Made by a program: the position numbers and the translations under genes | In this document: positions 15,172-29,174 of the stretch, in pieces | How the letters are laid out: each line of letters opens with the position of its first letter | Numbering within the stretch: position 1 is the stretch's first letter | Source: Rhizophagus irregularis | Taxonomy: Eukaryota | Direction of reading: 5' to 3' | DNA: 64,000 nucleotides | Assembly: GCF_026210795.1 (NCBI RefSeq) | Contig: NC_089433.1 | Location: forward strand, 3,906,001 to 3,970,000 | Notes under the pieces: generated by a model | The model's input: the letters and a program-made list of their open reading frames with translations, nothing else | Database searches by the model: none | Told to the model about the DNA's origin: nothing

Positions 15172-17730
15172 GTATATTTTTTATTTTATATATTAGTGTC
15201 ACTAGTTTTTAAAATATCTAAGTATATAACGCTTACACAATAAAAAATAAATAAATTTATATTATAATCATTTGTTTAAACAATATCAAAAGTGTGTTAA
15301 GTTTTCTAATATAAATTCCAATTGAAATTCAATGTCTCCACATTTGATTAGATCAAGAAATTAACTCAAAAATTTCTATACTGATTCTTAAGTAATAAAT
15401 TGGTGCATTAACACAGATAAATTTGCGGTTTACTTAATTCGTGTAAATATTTGATTATCAAATTTAGTTAGTCACCTTGAAAGAGTTAAAATTTGAACTT
15501 TATCAGGAATTCAGTATCTCCAAATATTTGATCAATTTATAGGATAATGTGACTATTTTATTCTTTGCGTATAATTTAATTTATTATATTTTTTATAAAG
15601 AGTTCTGATGTTGTAACTTAAAGAGTTTAACCAGAGAAGGGCTCCAAAACTTTGTGAAACTAGCCTTGTGAGAAAGATCTTTAACATAAGGACCATCCTA
15701 TAACCATTAGTGAACATGATGAACCAATAGGTACGTAACAATACTTACGTAATTCTCTGTCATGTTGCGTGTAATGGCCAACGAAATTTTAGGACTGGTG
15801 TAACACGATTATATAATTATTTCAAAATCAAATATTTGCAACATGGCTTTTTTGTGATTATAATGCTTTAGACGCTCGAATGGTTCCTGTAATAATTAAT
15901 AATATGATGTACTGTTTAGAATAAAATACTGTAAGTTTATTTTTTTTTTATTAGGTAAATAATGATTCTACAACTACATTAGATCTTCGTTTTTTTTTCT
16001 GCCTTATTAATGATACCGTAAATTCAATACACCACTAAAAATTATTAGAATATTACTCAATAAGTTTGAATATTAATTAAAAACATACCGTATAACAGTC
16101 AGCATTAACACTATGGTATTGTTGTTAAATAGAAAACATTATCTTACCTAATGAAAAGTTTTCTTATAATTTATGCGCACATTTTATTGTTGGTAAAAAA
16201 AAATATTATTTTGTATACTTATTCCGTTATTCGATATTTAGCCGATCAACCCACCTGATTTGTGACCAGTTCCTGGCGCAGATCGGGTCTAAATCATGTG
16301 GCTTTCAGATCAATAATTTCTTTCTGATTTAAACCTGGAGATGGCATATGCTATATTTATGCTTTATTAATGACTAATTAATGGACTCTATCATATCATA
16401 GAATCATACATTAATTTTCTTTACAAAATTTACAAAAAATTTTACAATTAATTTTATAAAGAAAAATTATTCCACGATCGTCATCTATAGATGTAGACAA
16501 ATACAACAATTTCATCATAAGATAATCAAGTTAACTATTAAAATTCATCCATGTAATACTTTATACCTTTGCATCTCTTAAATTTGTCATTTTTTGAATT
16601 TTTCAACGTTTACGAAACAAGAAATTATTCCTTTCGGTAACAGCATTTTTATAATCATCTGGTGAACGGTTTATTGGACAAACCTTTAATTTTATTTTTT
16701 AAACAAAATAAAAAAACATTTACAGTTCTAAATCACACAAATTTGGAATAAAAAAAAATGATTTTAGATTATTCTTTTTTAAAGAGAATATTGAAAAAAA
16801 AAGTTATCCATGTTTATCAATTTATTTATTTGTTTGTTTATTTTTATACATGTAGTTTATTCTTTATTTGTTATAAAAAATAATTAAAAAGTATAAAATA
16901 AAAAGATTTTGATTTGTGCATTTTAGAGATTTAATAAATAATTTTATAATATTGTTACTCATAAATATTAAATCACAACATGATTAAATAAAATTAAAAG
17001 CTCCTTCAAAAATACAATTTTTGAGACCGCTTAATTATAAATACTTTGTGCGAACTAACTTTCATAAATAAAAACCGTCACACTTATCATCACTAATTTA
17101 CTAAATAAATTTCGATCTTAAAATTACCTATTGCAATTTATATTAATTTAGTAAAAGCAAATTATAAAAGTAATTTTTATTTTTTCAAATTTCTTCATTA
17201 ATTTGTAATCTAAAAGGAATAGATTTAATACAATAGACATAAAGTCAACTTCTTTGATAAATTTGCTAATACGTAATAGATATTCGTTAGGATATTTCAA
17301 AAATCTTAGATGTTCAATGAAGGTATAATAGAAAAAAATGATCATTAGGAATTTTACTTATAACATTGTAGTCTACAACATTATAGTCTATAATGCTATT
17401 ATTTTTATAGTTTTGATCAAGATAATAGTTTTTCATTGTAAATCAGGAATTTAAATAAGTTTGAAGCTATTTGCTCAATTACAAACTGATTTTATTTCTG
17501 TAAAAATAAATTTTACATGTACTCTATAATCAAGTGTTGAACAAATATATAAAATAAGAATAAATAATATAATACTATAGGTTATTTTCAATCTAGCTAA
17601 CTTATCATGCCAAAAATAAATTTATTCGTTCCTTCGTATCATCTTTGATTTATAATCTATATAAAGAATTGTTTTGGATTAAATAAAATAAAATTATAAA
17701 AAATTATAAAATATATAAAATTTATAAAGC

Positions 17731-20700
17731 TTACTTTGTAAAATCAATAATTTCTACTGTGTTATTGTCAATATTATCATATTTTGGGATATTATTTGTA
17801 AATGGATTAAGTAATCGTGATGCATAAATAGCTTGTGGATGAGTAACTAATCGATCAAATGATGTGAGATGTAATTTTCTGTATTCTTCTGCTTCTTTAA
17901 ATTGTTTTTCCATTTCATAATGTTGTTGTTCCTTTTCAATTCCTATATAATCTTTAAAATCTATATCATATTCATTATAGCAGCCGGAAAATAATTTAAT
18001 TGATTCAAAAATTTCAGTTGCTTTTGGTCTATTATCTGGATTAGAATTCCAACAATGCTTCATCAAATCAATATAGCATTTTGGTGCTTCTGGCATATTA
18101 ATATCAGGTCTATTTCCATTACAAATATTTAATACTAAAAACTCGTCATGTGCACAATCAGCAAAAGGTTGTTTTCCAGTTGCTACAAAATACATAATCA
18201 TACCAAAACTATATACATCCGCTGCTTGAGTATAAAGTTCCCCTTTTAACACTTCAGGAGCTACATAAGGTATAACTCCATAAATATTACTTTGATTGAT
18301 ATTACTAACATCTCCACATAATCCCATATCTGAAATATGTATAACACTATCATTAATACTATCAGTTACATCAGCAATATTTAACAATATATTTCCTGTA
18401 TGAAAATCACGGTGGACCATCTTCTTTTGATGAATATCATTAAGACCATTACTAATATTATAAAGTATAGTCAATTTTTTTGCCCATTCAAAATTGTTAT
18501 AATTTTTGTTCATCCAATAATTAAAATTTCCACCTTTTGCATAATCAAGAACTATAATGTATTCCTTTGTATCTGGATTTTGAGATATTCCATATATTTT
18601 AAGTATTTTATTTTCATCATAATAATCTTTATAATTTTTAATTGAATATAATTTAGCCTATTAAAATATGAAAGAATACTATTATATTAAAATATATATA
18701 ATTAGTATTGAATTTACAGAAAAGTCACATACCTCATTGAGAAATTCACTTGTGATATTTTGCGAGTTATATAAACATTTTAATGCAACATTTTTATCCT
18801 GCTTTCTTGTATATTTTTGTGTATCACTATTATACAATAATGGACCATCAACCCATATTGCTGAATATACTTTAGCAAAGCCACCTTTGCCTATCTCTTT
18901 GATATCGTCAAACTTATCATATGGTATCCATTCAAATACTATATCGTTATAAGAATTTATATTTGATCGCATTTCCTGGATTAAATTGACAATTTTTTCT
19001 TTTTCGTTAGTCCAGTTTGTAAAATTATTTTCCAATAAATCATTAATTTGGCATGGTTTGCACCATTTATAATCATTATCTAGAATTTTAACGCATTTAT
19101 TACAATCATATCCATCCGGAAATGATATAATAAAATTTTTTGTATAAGGATTTTGAGATATTCCATATATTTTAATTTTAAGTTCATTATTAACCTAATA
19201 AAATAAAGGAAATTTATTATTTTATTTTAAATATTTAAATTAAATAAAAAATTAATACCTCATTTATAAATCCATTAATATTTTGTGAGTTATATGATTT
19301 TAAATTGACTTTTTTATTCTGTTTTCTTGAATATTCACGTTCCTTTCTGTCATATTTTAATGGACCATCCTTCCATATTGCTGAATATATTGTAGTTAAT
19401 TCATCTTTCCTTAATTCTTTAATTTCATCGAACTTATCATATGGTATCCATTCAACTATAATACCATCATATTTATCGATTTCTAATTGCTTTTCCTGAA
19501 TTAAACTATCGATTTTTTCATTTCCACTGGTCCAATTTGTGAATTTTTTTTTAAAATCATTTATTTGACATGGTTTACACCATTTATAATAATTATCTGT
19601 AAATTTTTTACCGCATTTATTACAATAAAATCCATCCGGAAATGATATAATATAATTTTTTGTATAAGGATTTTGAGATATTCCAAATATTTCATATATT
19701 TTAAATTCATTATTAACCTATTAAAATGAATGAAATTTATTATTCTATTTTAAATATTTAAATTAAATAAAAAATTAATACCTCATTTAGAACTTCATTA
19801 ATATTTTGTGAGTTATATAATTTTAAATTGGCTTTTTTATTCTGTTTTCTTGAATATTCACGTTCCTTTCTGTCATATTTTAATGGACCATCCTTCCATA
19901 TTGCTGAATATATTGTAGTTAATTCATCTTTCCTTAATTCTTTAATTTCATCGAACTGATCATATGATATCCATTCAATTATAATATCATATTTATTAAT
20001 TTTTAATTGCTTTTCCTGAATTAAACTATCAATTCTTTTATTTCCACTGGTCCAATTTGTAAAATTTTTTTCTAGAGTATTTAATTGACATGGTTTACAC
20101 CATTTATAATAATTATCTGTAAATTTTTTACCGCATTTATTACAATAAAATCCATCCGGAAATAATACAATATAATTTTTTGTATAAGGATTTTGAGATA
20201 TTCCATATATTTTAAATTCATTATTAACCTAATAAATGAAGGAAATTTATTATTTTATTTTAAATACTTAAATTAAATAAAAAATTAATACCTCATTTAG
20301 AAATTCATTAGTATTTTGTGAGTTATATAATTTTAAATTGACTTTTTTATTCTGTTTTCTTGAATATTCACGTTCATTTATGTCATATTTTAATGGACCA
20401 TCCTTCCATATTGCTGAATATATTGTAGAAAATTCATCTTTTCCTAACTCTTTAATATCATCGAACTGATCATACGATATCCATTCGATTATAGTAGTAT
20501 CATAATAACTATTAATTTCTAATTGTTTCTCCTGAATTAAGCTATCAATTTTTTCATTTCCACTGGTCCAATTTGTAAAATTTTTTTCTAGGGTATTTAA
20601 TTGACATGATCTGCACCATTTATAATCATCATCTAGAAATTTTTTAACGCATTTATTACAATAAAGTCCATCCGGAAATGATATAATATAATTTTTTGTA

Positions 20701-22358
20701 TAAGGATTTTGAGATATTCCATATATTTTAAGTTCATTATTAATCTAATAAAATAAAGAGAATTTATTATTTTATTTTAAATATTTAAATTAAATAAAAA
20801 ATTAATACCTCATTTAGAAATCCATTAATATTTTGTGAGTTATATAATTTTAAATTGACCTTTTTACTCTGTTTTCTTGAGTATTCACGTTCCTTTTTGT
20901 CATATTGTAATGGACCATCCTCCCATATTGCTGAATATATTGTAGAAAATTCATCTTTTCCTAACTCCTTAATATCATCGAACTTATCATATGGTATCCA
21001 TTCAATTATAATATCATCATATCTATTAATTTCTAATTGCATTTCCTGAATTAAACTATCGATTTTTTCATTTCCACTGGTCCAATTTGTGAAATTTTTT
21101 TTAAAGTCATTTATTTGACATGATTTACACCATGAATCATAATAATCTGTAAATATTTTAACACATTTATTACAATAGACATTTCGAAGAACTAAAATGT
21201 AATCTTTTGTATCTGAATTTTGGGATATCCCATATATTTTAAGTCCATGATTATTATTAACCTAATAAAATAAAGAAAATTTATTATTTTATTCCATATA
21301 AATGATTTCTTTCAAAATATACCTTAGCGTATTATAATAAAAAAATTTATTATACGTAAAATAATTAAGTTAAATAAAGAAATTAATACCTCATTTAGAA
21401 ATCCATTAATATTTTGTGAGTTATATAATTTTAAATTGACTTTTGTACCCTGTTTTCTTGAGTATTCACGTTCATTTTTGTCATATTGTAATGGACCATC
21501 CTTCCATATTGCCGAATAAATTGTAGAAAATTCATCTTTTCCTAATTCTTTAATATCATCGAACTTATCATATGGTATCCATTCAACTATAATATCATAA
21601 TATTCATCGATTTTTAATTGCTTTCTCTGAATTAAACTATCGATTTTTTCATTTCCACTGGTCCAATTTGTGAAATTTTTTTTAAAATCATTTATTTGAC
21701 ATGATTTACACCATACATCATAATAATTCGTAAATATTTTAACACATTTATTACAATAGACATTTCGAAGAACTAAAATGTAATCTTTTGTATCTGAATT
21801 TTGGGATATCCCATATATTTTAAGTTTATTATTATTAGCCTAATAAAACAAAGAAAATTTATTATTTTATTCCATATAAATGATTTCTTTCAAAATATAA
21901 CTTAGCGTATTATAATAAAAAAAATTTGTTATTATACGTAAAATAATTAAGTTAAATAAAGAGATTCATACCTCATTTAAAAATTCATTAGTAATATTTT
22001 GTGAGTTATATAATCTTAAATTGACTTTTGTACTCTGTTTTCTTGAATATTCACGTTCCTTTTTGTCATATTGTAATGGACTATCCTTCCATATTGCTGA
22101 ATATATTGTAGAAAATTCATCTTTTCCTAACTCTTTAATATTATCGAGCTTATCATATGGTATCCATTCAACTATAATATCATAATATTCATCGATTTCT
22201 AATTGCTTTCCCTGAATTAAACTATCAATTTTTTCATTTCCACTGGTCCAATTTGTGAAATTTTTTTTAAAATCATTTATTTGACATGATTTACACCATC
22301 CCCATTGATAATTATATTCTCCGCATCTTTTACATTTGTAATCATAATCATATAACAT
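17731..22358 (-). CDS. TKL-like protein kinase with six degenerate N-terminal Cys4-finger/kinase-N-lobe repeats; 8 exons, ~1345 aa
   Basis: Exons 22358-21972, 21839-21390, 21261-20809, 20744-20292, 20228-19782, 19717-19259, 19194-18733, 18657-17731, all GT-AG and phase 0. Catalytic unit: GKGGFAKVY, VALK, HRDFHTGN, SDMG, PYVAPE, DVYSFG, CW..NP..RP. Confidence 0.85.
18733..22358 (-). repeat. Tandem exon+intron array, 7 units of ~510-580 bp
   Basis: Recurrent ttttcatttccactggtccaatttgt, ccatattgctgaata and tacctcatt at near-constant spacing. The introns are duplicated too (132/128 bp class and 63-64 bp class). Confidence 0.95.
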
Positions 22359-23289
22359 TATAAAATTTTCAACGTTTGCAAAAATAAAGACAAGTTCAAG
22401 TTCCTTATTAAATTAATTGGCTGCATTTATGCTATTGTGCAGCGATCGTCATGTCATGCATTTGTGTGACACTACACTAAGGGAACGAATTAAATTTCAG
22501 TTTGATGAGAAAAATAGGCTCGGTATAAATTTAACCGAAGTCAATCATTTTTGTGACGTCGGCTCTTGATTTAACGATGATGTGTCGATCCTGATACTGT
22601 AGAACTTGACCTCGTTCTTGTAAACATTTGCCACATCAAGCTAATTAATAATTTCACTCACATATAATTCTAGACCTTGATCAACCAACTAATACGCGAG
22701 TAAAAATAAGATTTTAAATATATCCTATCTCTCAAAAAAGAAAAAAAACCACAATATTCTAAACTAACTAGATAAATGTATTATTAACTTTTGATTCGGA
22801 AAATTTTTTACGTAAATCACGTGATTTCAAAATAAATATTCGTCTATATCTGCCTCTTTCCTTATTTCTTTTAAACTCTCCACCTTTTCTTTACAACTTT
22901 ATCCTTAGGACTACTTTGTAACCTCTTTTTGCTATCACTAATTAAATCTTTTCCTCGATTTTCTTCCTTTTGGTGAAATTTTCGTTCAATGTAATATATT
23001 TTTGAATAACTTCGTGTCTTTCTGTCATACGTATGATTTCTTCCCAATTATTTTTCCAATACCTTAGAACTGAGATCTTCTTTATTTATTACGTCATTTT
23101 CTTTATTTTATTATTTATTTGTCAAACACCCTGCGAAATATACACCTGTGAAAATACTAATATATATAACAATATACCTATCTATAATTTAAACTAAATT
23201 TATTCTACAACTGCCTTTTATAAAATATTGAAAATTTTTACTAAATTTACGTAAACTTTCAATACAACTGCTATAGTACTATTTACGTT

Positions 23290-24470
23290 TAGGGATGCCA
23301 AAAGTTCGGTTATAACCGATTATAACCAATTTTTATCGGTTCGGTTACGGTTCGGTTCAGGGACGATGATTTTATGATGTGCTCAAATATAAATTATGTA
23401 TGTGCTAAAACCAAAATATGTGATATGATTTTTTTCAAAAATTTTTATATTATGTGATATTATTTTATAAAAACACAGCATTATTTGAAATTATTTAATT
23501 AAAATTTTAAAAATTTTTTATTTTTTTTATTAAAAGTTAAGTTTTAATGCCATTAAAGTACATCATATTTAATTTTTTGAGAGATTCCTGAGATAAATTT
23601 TGACGGTCACTATCTAAAAGAGAATTATACATAGAAAAACTTTGTTCAACACTACAACTTGATACTGGAAGCCAAATATATTCTAAAGCAATTTTGGCTT
23701 ATTTAACCAATATTGATTTAATTCAATTTCGCCAAGAACTTCATTGTTACCTAGTCTGCAATAAATTCCCCATTCTCTTAATAATTCATCTGGTGGATTA
23801 GCAAATTCATGAATTGCATTATATTGCCGAATATCTTTTTGTGAAATGTCTTCAGTATAAATATATTTAGGTTCAAAGACTTGGCATGAATAAAAGAGGC
23901 GTCAGGCTGGATGATTGGGAATATGTACAGCAAATTTATTATAAATGCTAACCGAAAAATAACATAAAAATCTTCTGGATTAAATCTAAGTTGAATAATT
24001 AGATTTTCCAAAGAGCCAAAATTAGATGAATTTCTTTTAAATTCAATATAAGAAGTGAGTTGTTGAAGTCGTAATTCTGCAAAAGGAATAACAGGCTTTT
24101 TTGATTGCTGAAAAAAATCAAGGTCTTGAACAAATTCATTAGCATAAAAAGAAATAAAATTAAGGTAAATTGTAATTGTGCCTAATTTTGGCTCATCTTG
24201 TAAGCAATTATTTTTTGTCATTTTAACTCATCCTCTTAATAAACTTATTCCGATTAACATTTCTTTTTTTTTAATTTTTTACCTTGTAAAATAATAAAAA
24301 CCTTCACGTAATATTTTTATTACAGTTGAAAGATTACATTTACAACACAACATATGCAGATTTGTTTGGAAAAATAATTTTTCTTCCCCGATCCATGAGT
24401 TATTAAAGTCTGGAAATGCAAAAGTATTAGATATTCCAAGGTGACCACAATTAATAATCAAGAATTCCAT
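23290..24470 (-). mobile_element. Degenerate hAT transposon end with a transposase C-terminal remnant
   Basis: Ac-like terminus TAGGGATG at 23290 with AACCG/CGGTT subterminal repeats. Minus strand reads IALEYIWLPVSSCSVEQSFSMYNSLLDSDRQNLSQESLKKLNMMYFN (hAT dimerisation region); upstream frames are broken. Confidence 0.75.
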
Positions 24471-24791
24471 AAGGATAAACTCACTTTTGGAGATCTCAAA
24501 AGCTATATATGGAATGTTATAAATGAAATTCCTTCAACAAATGTCATCACTATCATCAACCTGGTAATACATCATTACCTTCTGATCTGAAGGTCTTTCT
24601 AATGAGAGTTGATCTGTGATCTTATGGAGAAGCAAGTCATACTTGTCAGGCCCTCCCTTCTCTAGCAAAATGTCAACAGTTCAAATTTTGGAGTAAGCCT
24701 TGGTTAATGTGCCAGAATTTTCAAATTACAGAGTTATACAAATAACATTACTTTCCAAAATTACATTATTTTGCTACATTCTTGGTACATC

Positions 24792-25494
24792 TAGTGATGG
24801 GACTTAAAAATTATTTTGAATCTTTTTTAATTAATAATTACTTATTAAGTTAAAAATCGAATTATTAATGCTAAAAATTCTGATTGGTCAATTTTAATAA
24901 TATCATGTGACACAATATTTTTATATCGCATAAACCAGAAAAAAAAAATTATTTATTATATTTATAATATGTAATTAATTCCTTAATTAGTACTGTTTTA
25001 ATTAATTGTGGATTAAAAATTTCAAGTCTTCTTTAAGATGTTTTAACATGTTAGTAAATATGCCACCCATTTTTCCAAAGCAATATTTGCATTTTGCTTC
25101 ATGGTGAGAACTATTGAGTAAAGGCCTTTCAATAAAATGAAGCCAAATTGGACTTTTCTTTCTACCTTGTTTCTTTGGAGGCATTATTTTAAGCTTTGAT
25201 TTATCAATATATATAAAAAGTAAAATTGTAGAAATACTCAAAGTTCTCAAACTGTCAAAATACGTAGCGAAATTAAAAAAAAAAGATAATCTGATAATCA
25301 TCTCATCAGACTCATTAGAGATTTTACGTGATTTATTTTGACCAATTATATTTAATTTTATTATTAACTACTTATTAATTACTTATTAATTTACATAGGT
25401 TAAAAATGCAAGAATTTCGATTTACCTAATAAGTACTTATTAAGTTATTATTAAAAATAATTATTAACTTAATAATTAAAAAATCCCATCACTA
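24792..25494 (-). mobile_element. Non-autonomous hAT deletion derivative retaining a BED zinc finger
   Basis: TIR TAGTGATGGGA...TCCCATCACTA; perfect 8-bp TSD GGTACATC (24784-24791 / 25495-25502); internal ORF KKSPIWLHF...AKCKYC...NMLKHLK. Confidence 0.9.
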
Positions 25495-26079
25495 GGTACA
25501 TCTGTTAATAGTGCAATTCCAGTACGCATTAACAAAAAATTTTTTTTTTTTATTATAATAACATTGAACTTGTAGATGTCTCAAAATGAGTCGACTCAAG
25601 TCAGTTTTGGAACTTGATTCTAAATTCAGCAGATTGCTTTAACCATTTTAAAATTGAGCTCGTCAAAATTATGACAATCACGGACTAACTTGCAAAATCA
25701 TCATATGTGTAATGATTTTGGCCAGTTCATTTTTATTTATCAAGTATGTATGTTGTCGCTGTTGTCACATGGGATGTCATTACTATGCCCATTTTACATA
25801 CTATCAATTTATAAAAGTATGTTTATACGTAGAGGAATATAAATAATAAAAATTAAATTCATCGTTTATGCATCCATATGATGAAAACAATATTCTAATC
25901 CATATAACTATTTGTGATGGTTTAAATTGAATTGTAAAGAATTAGAACGTTAATTAAGAAAAAAGGATATGTGCAAAAAATAACGTTACTTTATTAATAA
26001 ATACAAAACAAACAATCTTTTAATATTTCAGAAAAAAAAACAATAAATTTAAATATAAAAAATATAATCTAAATTAATA

Positions 26080-27563
26080 CTAAACCATAATTTTAAATAC
26101 TTCATAATCTTCTATAGTAAATTGATATTTAGTATCTCTTATCTGTTTTCCATAATAACATTTTTCACAATAATTATAATTATAATTTTGAAATTCACCA
26201 TTACGAGAATATATAACAATATCTTGACCAAAACATGGACCGCGATAAACACCATGATTCAATGCACATTCTGCATTTACTATATTACTAATAATTAAAC
26301 TATTAATATCATTTCCTTTGAAAGAAAAAATAAAACTATGTTTAGTTAGACCCCAACTACCAGAAGATTTCCATACCAAAGGGTTATAACCACCAATTAT
26401 TTCATCTTTTCCTTTTACTTTAATAAAAGTAATAGTTTCATATTTATTATCACATAATGTATGAAATTTTTTAGGAGTAAATCCATTTCGGCTTCCACTT
26501 AACAATAATCGAAACTTTAAATGAGCAGAATCAATATCCATATCATCAATATGATTCAAAATAGTTGTAATAATTCCTAAATTATAAACAATATTTGAAT
26601 CAATATTTCCATCAATTGTAAAATTCTTTGGAATTATAGTACCAACGATCGGCTTACTATTAGAGACCAAATGAGAATTTAATAATTCTTCATAAAGTCG
26701 AAGTTTTAAGAGTTTTTCATAAGGACGAACTAATTGAAAATCTTTAGGTGATGAATTAAAGAAATTAATAAAAGGTAGACAATTTTTTAAAGTATTTTTC
26801 ATTGTTTTGAAATCATCATTTGACCAAGTATTAGGATCTGAAAAAATTTTGGGATTTTGAGCAAGACCCCATTTTAATACACGTTCCCAAACTTTAACTT
26901 CTTTCATTTGTAAATCATCTCTTTGAATGACTTGAACTAAAGTTTTTTCAGGAAGTAAAGTGACATCAAGCGATTTAAATATTTTCTCTGGAGATTTTAA
27001 CATGAAATCTGTACAAAATTTTTAAAGTTTCAATGAAGAGTTTGATTGAAAGCTTGCTTGATGAACAAATCCAAAATGATGTTCCATCCATTTAGATTTA
27101 TTTTCAATAAAATACTTTTGTAAATAATCAACTAATTCTTGAATAAGTAGTTCATCCGCAGCTAATAATACCTTAAAAATCTCTAAATTGTCATGATCAT
27201 TTAATGAAAGAATACCACCGTAAATATACCTATACAAAAAAATATAAATTTCGAATTTGAATTTGATGTTATGATATAACATATTAATTTATTGTATATA
27301 AAAACTTACTTTAAAATAATTTGGAAGATTTCAGGTGATATGTTTGGTAGTTCAATATGAGTTAAACCATTATTTTTAATTTTTTTATTAGAAGCCAACG
27401 TTCGTCGTAAATATGGAGAACGACAACATAAAATATTTACATGAGCACGAAGGATTTTCACATTAGGGTCTTCACCAACTTCATTTGTAACGTCACAATA
27501 TTTATTATCTGTCAATAATTCAATATAATTTTGACTTAGTTTTGAAAGAAATACTGTTGACAT
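26080..27563 (-). pseudogene. BTB/POZ-BACK-TLDc paralog (copy 2) with an in-frame premature stop
   Basis: Same 2-exon layout as the other copies. TAA at 27024-27022 replaces the Q codon of LQQFCTDF (reads SSLKL*KFCTDFMLKSPEK); the frame continues intact to EDYEVFKIMV. Confidence 0.8.
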
Positions 27564-29174
27564 TTTTTTTTTTTTATTTAAATTTGTAGGAAGGTGAGAA
27601 TTTTAATTTCATTGTTGCCGCATTTATCAATGTTGATGTTAACAAATATGGTTAGTGTGCGCCAATAATCAGCAATGATGTAAAATGGAAATAATCAAAT
27701 TTGAAAATTCATATATACTGTAATAAATAAAAACTTCTAGTTTAAACATTGATAATTATTATTTGATTAAATTATTTTAATTAGATATACTTTTACAGTA
27801 ATATAGATAGATGTATGACTGACCGGTTAATAACGCCATCCCTAGATTTAATAGAGAATTTTTGTGTATATTTAATATTATAAATACATCAATTGGCGAT
27901 AATTTTTATTTTTTTTTGTATGTTTTGATCGTTTTTCTTACGTTTCGGTATAATATGTATATTTATCCTACAGCCAAATAGGATCATGCTTTTTTTATCG
28001 TGCTGATATTTTTTTATTAAGCTATAAATAAACTACGATAGCATAATTATTATTGATATTTTTTCAAATACTAAATACCATGTACTAAATATCATACTTA
28101 ATATCATACTAAATATTAGTGCTCCGCAAAATTTGGGTCTAACCCGGATAATTCAACCCGAGTGAATTTTAAATCGGGTCGGTACTAACAATTTTAATAA
28201 CCCGTGACCCGCATAACCTGACCCGTCAGGTCGGGTCATTCATTTCCTTGACTCAAGTTTTGACCTGAATTAGACCCGGATGATCATTAAAATCACTAAT
28301 CACATATCAATTACGCATTAATATTGATTATGTTTATATAATTTTGTTAGATGAATGAGGTAGTATATGCTCACTTAGCGAAAATTGCTAGAGACACCAT
28401 GCAATTACGGGTATGTGTATGAATTATTATTTTAATTATTAACATTACATTAACTAATAAGTTGATTTTGATGATTAATAAAGCAACCAGCATTCCAGTA
28501 GTTTCCGGTGGAACTGATTTGATAGCTGCAAAAAGATGTAATCTTAGAGCAGATACAATTATAGCATGCATGTGTTTAAAGTCCTGGCAGACGTAAAGTA
28601 TAGTCAAATTTCTGTTAAAGCAAGTGATATAATTTCGATTTTATAGTTCAAATATAAAGCAATAAATAAACAGGAATTTAAGATATCTTTAAATTCGTGC
28701 TTAGCTTTAGTTTTAATAACAAAAAGTTGTGTGACCTATATGATCATCTTGTAGATCAATTACCTTGCGTTATTGAAAAAATTATATTTGAAAAAATATT
28801 TTTGATATATTACTAAGAATACAGTATATTATCCAATGAAAATTTCAGGTCTAACCCGGGTTATTCAAATTAAATATACAGTCAACTCCCTCTATAGTCA
28901 CTCCCGTTATAGTCACATTCTACTATATAGTCACACCAGTTGAATGTTCAAAACACTTTATTATTAAAATCTATCCTATATAGTCACAATCTATCTATAG
29001 TCACTATCACACCTATCCCAAAAATCTTATATTAAAAAGAACCGTTTATAATCACAGTTATATAAAGAATATATTAAATAACTTGGCATCTAATAATCGT
29101 ACAAAGATGTATCATAGCTTGTTAGAATCGTCTCACTGAGACGAATCGAAATGGTGGTAGTTTTATCCTTTTCC

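Noticed and set aside
24500..24720. Possible inositol-phosphate kinase fragment (KYDLLLHKITDQ, minus strand)
   Set aside because: The resemblance rests on one short motif among stop codons; not supportable without a search.
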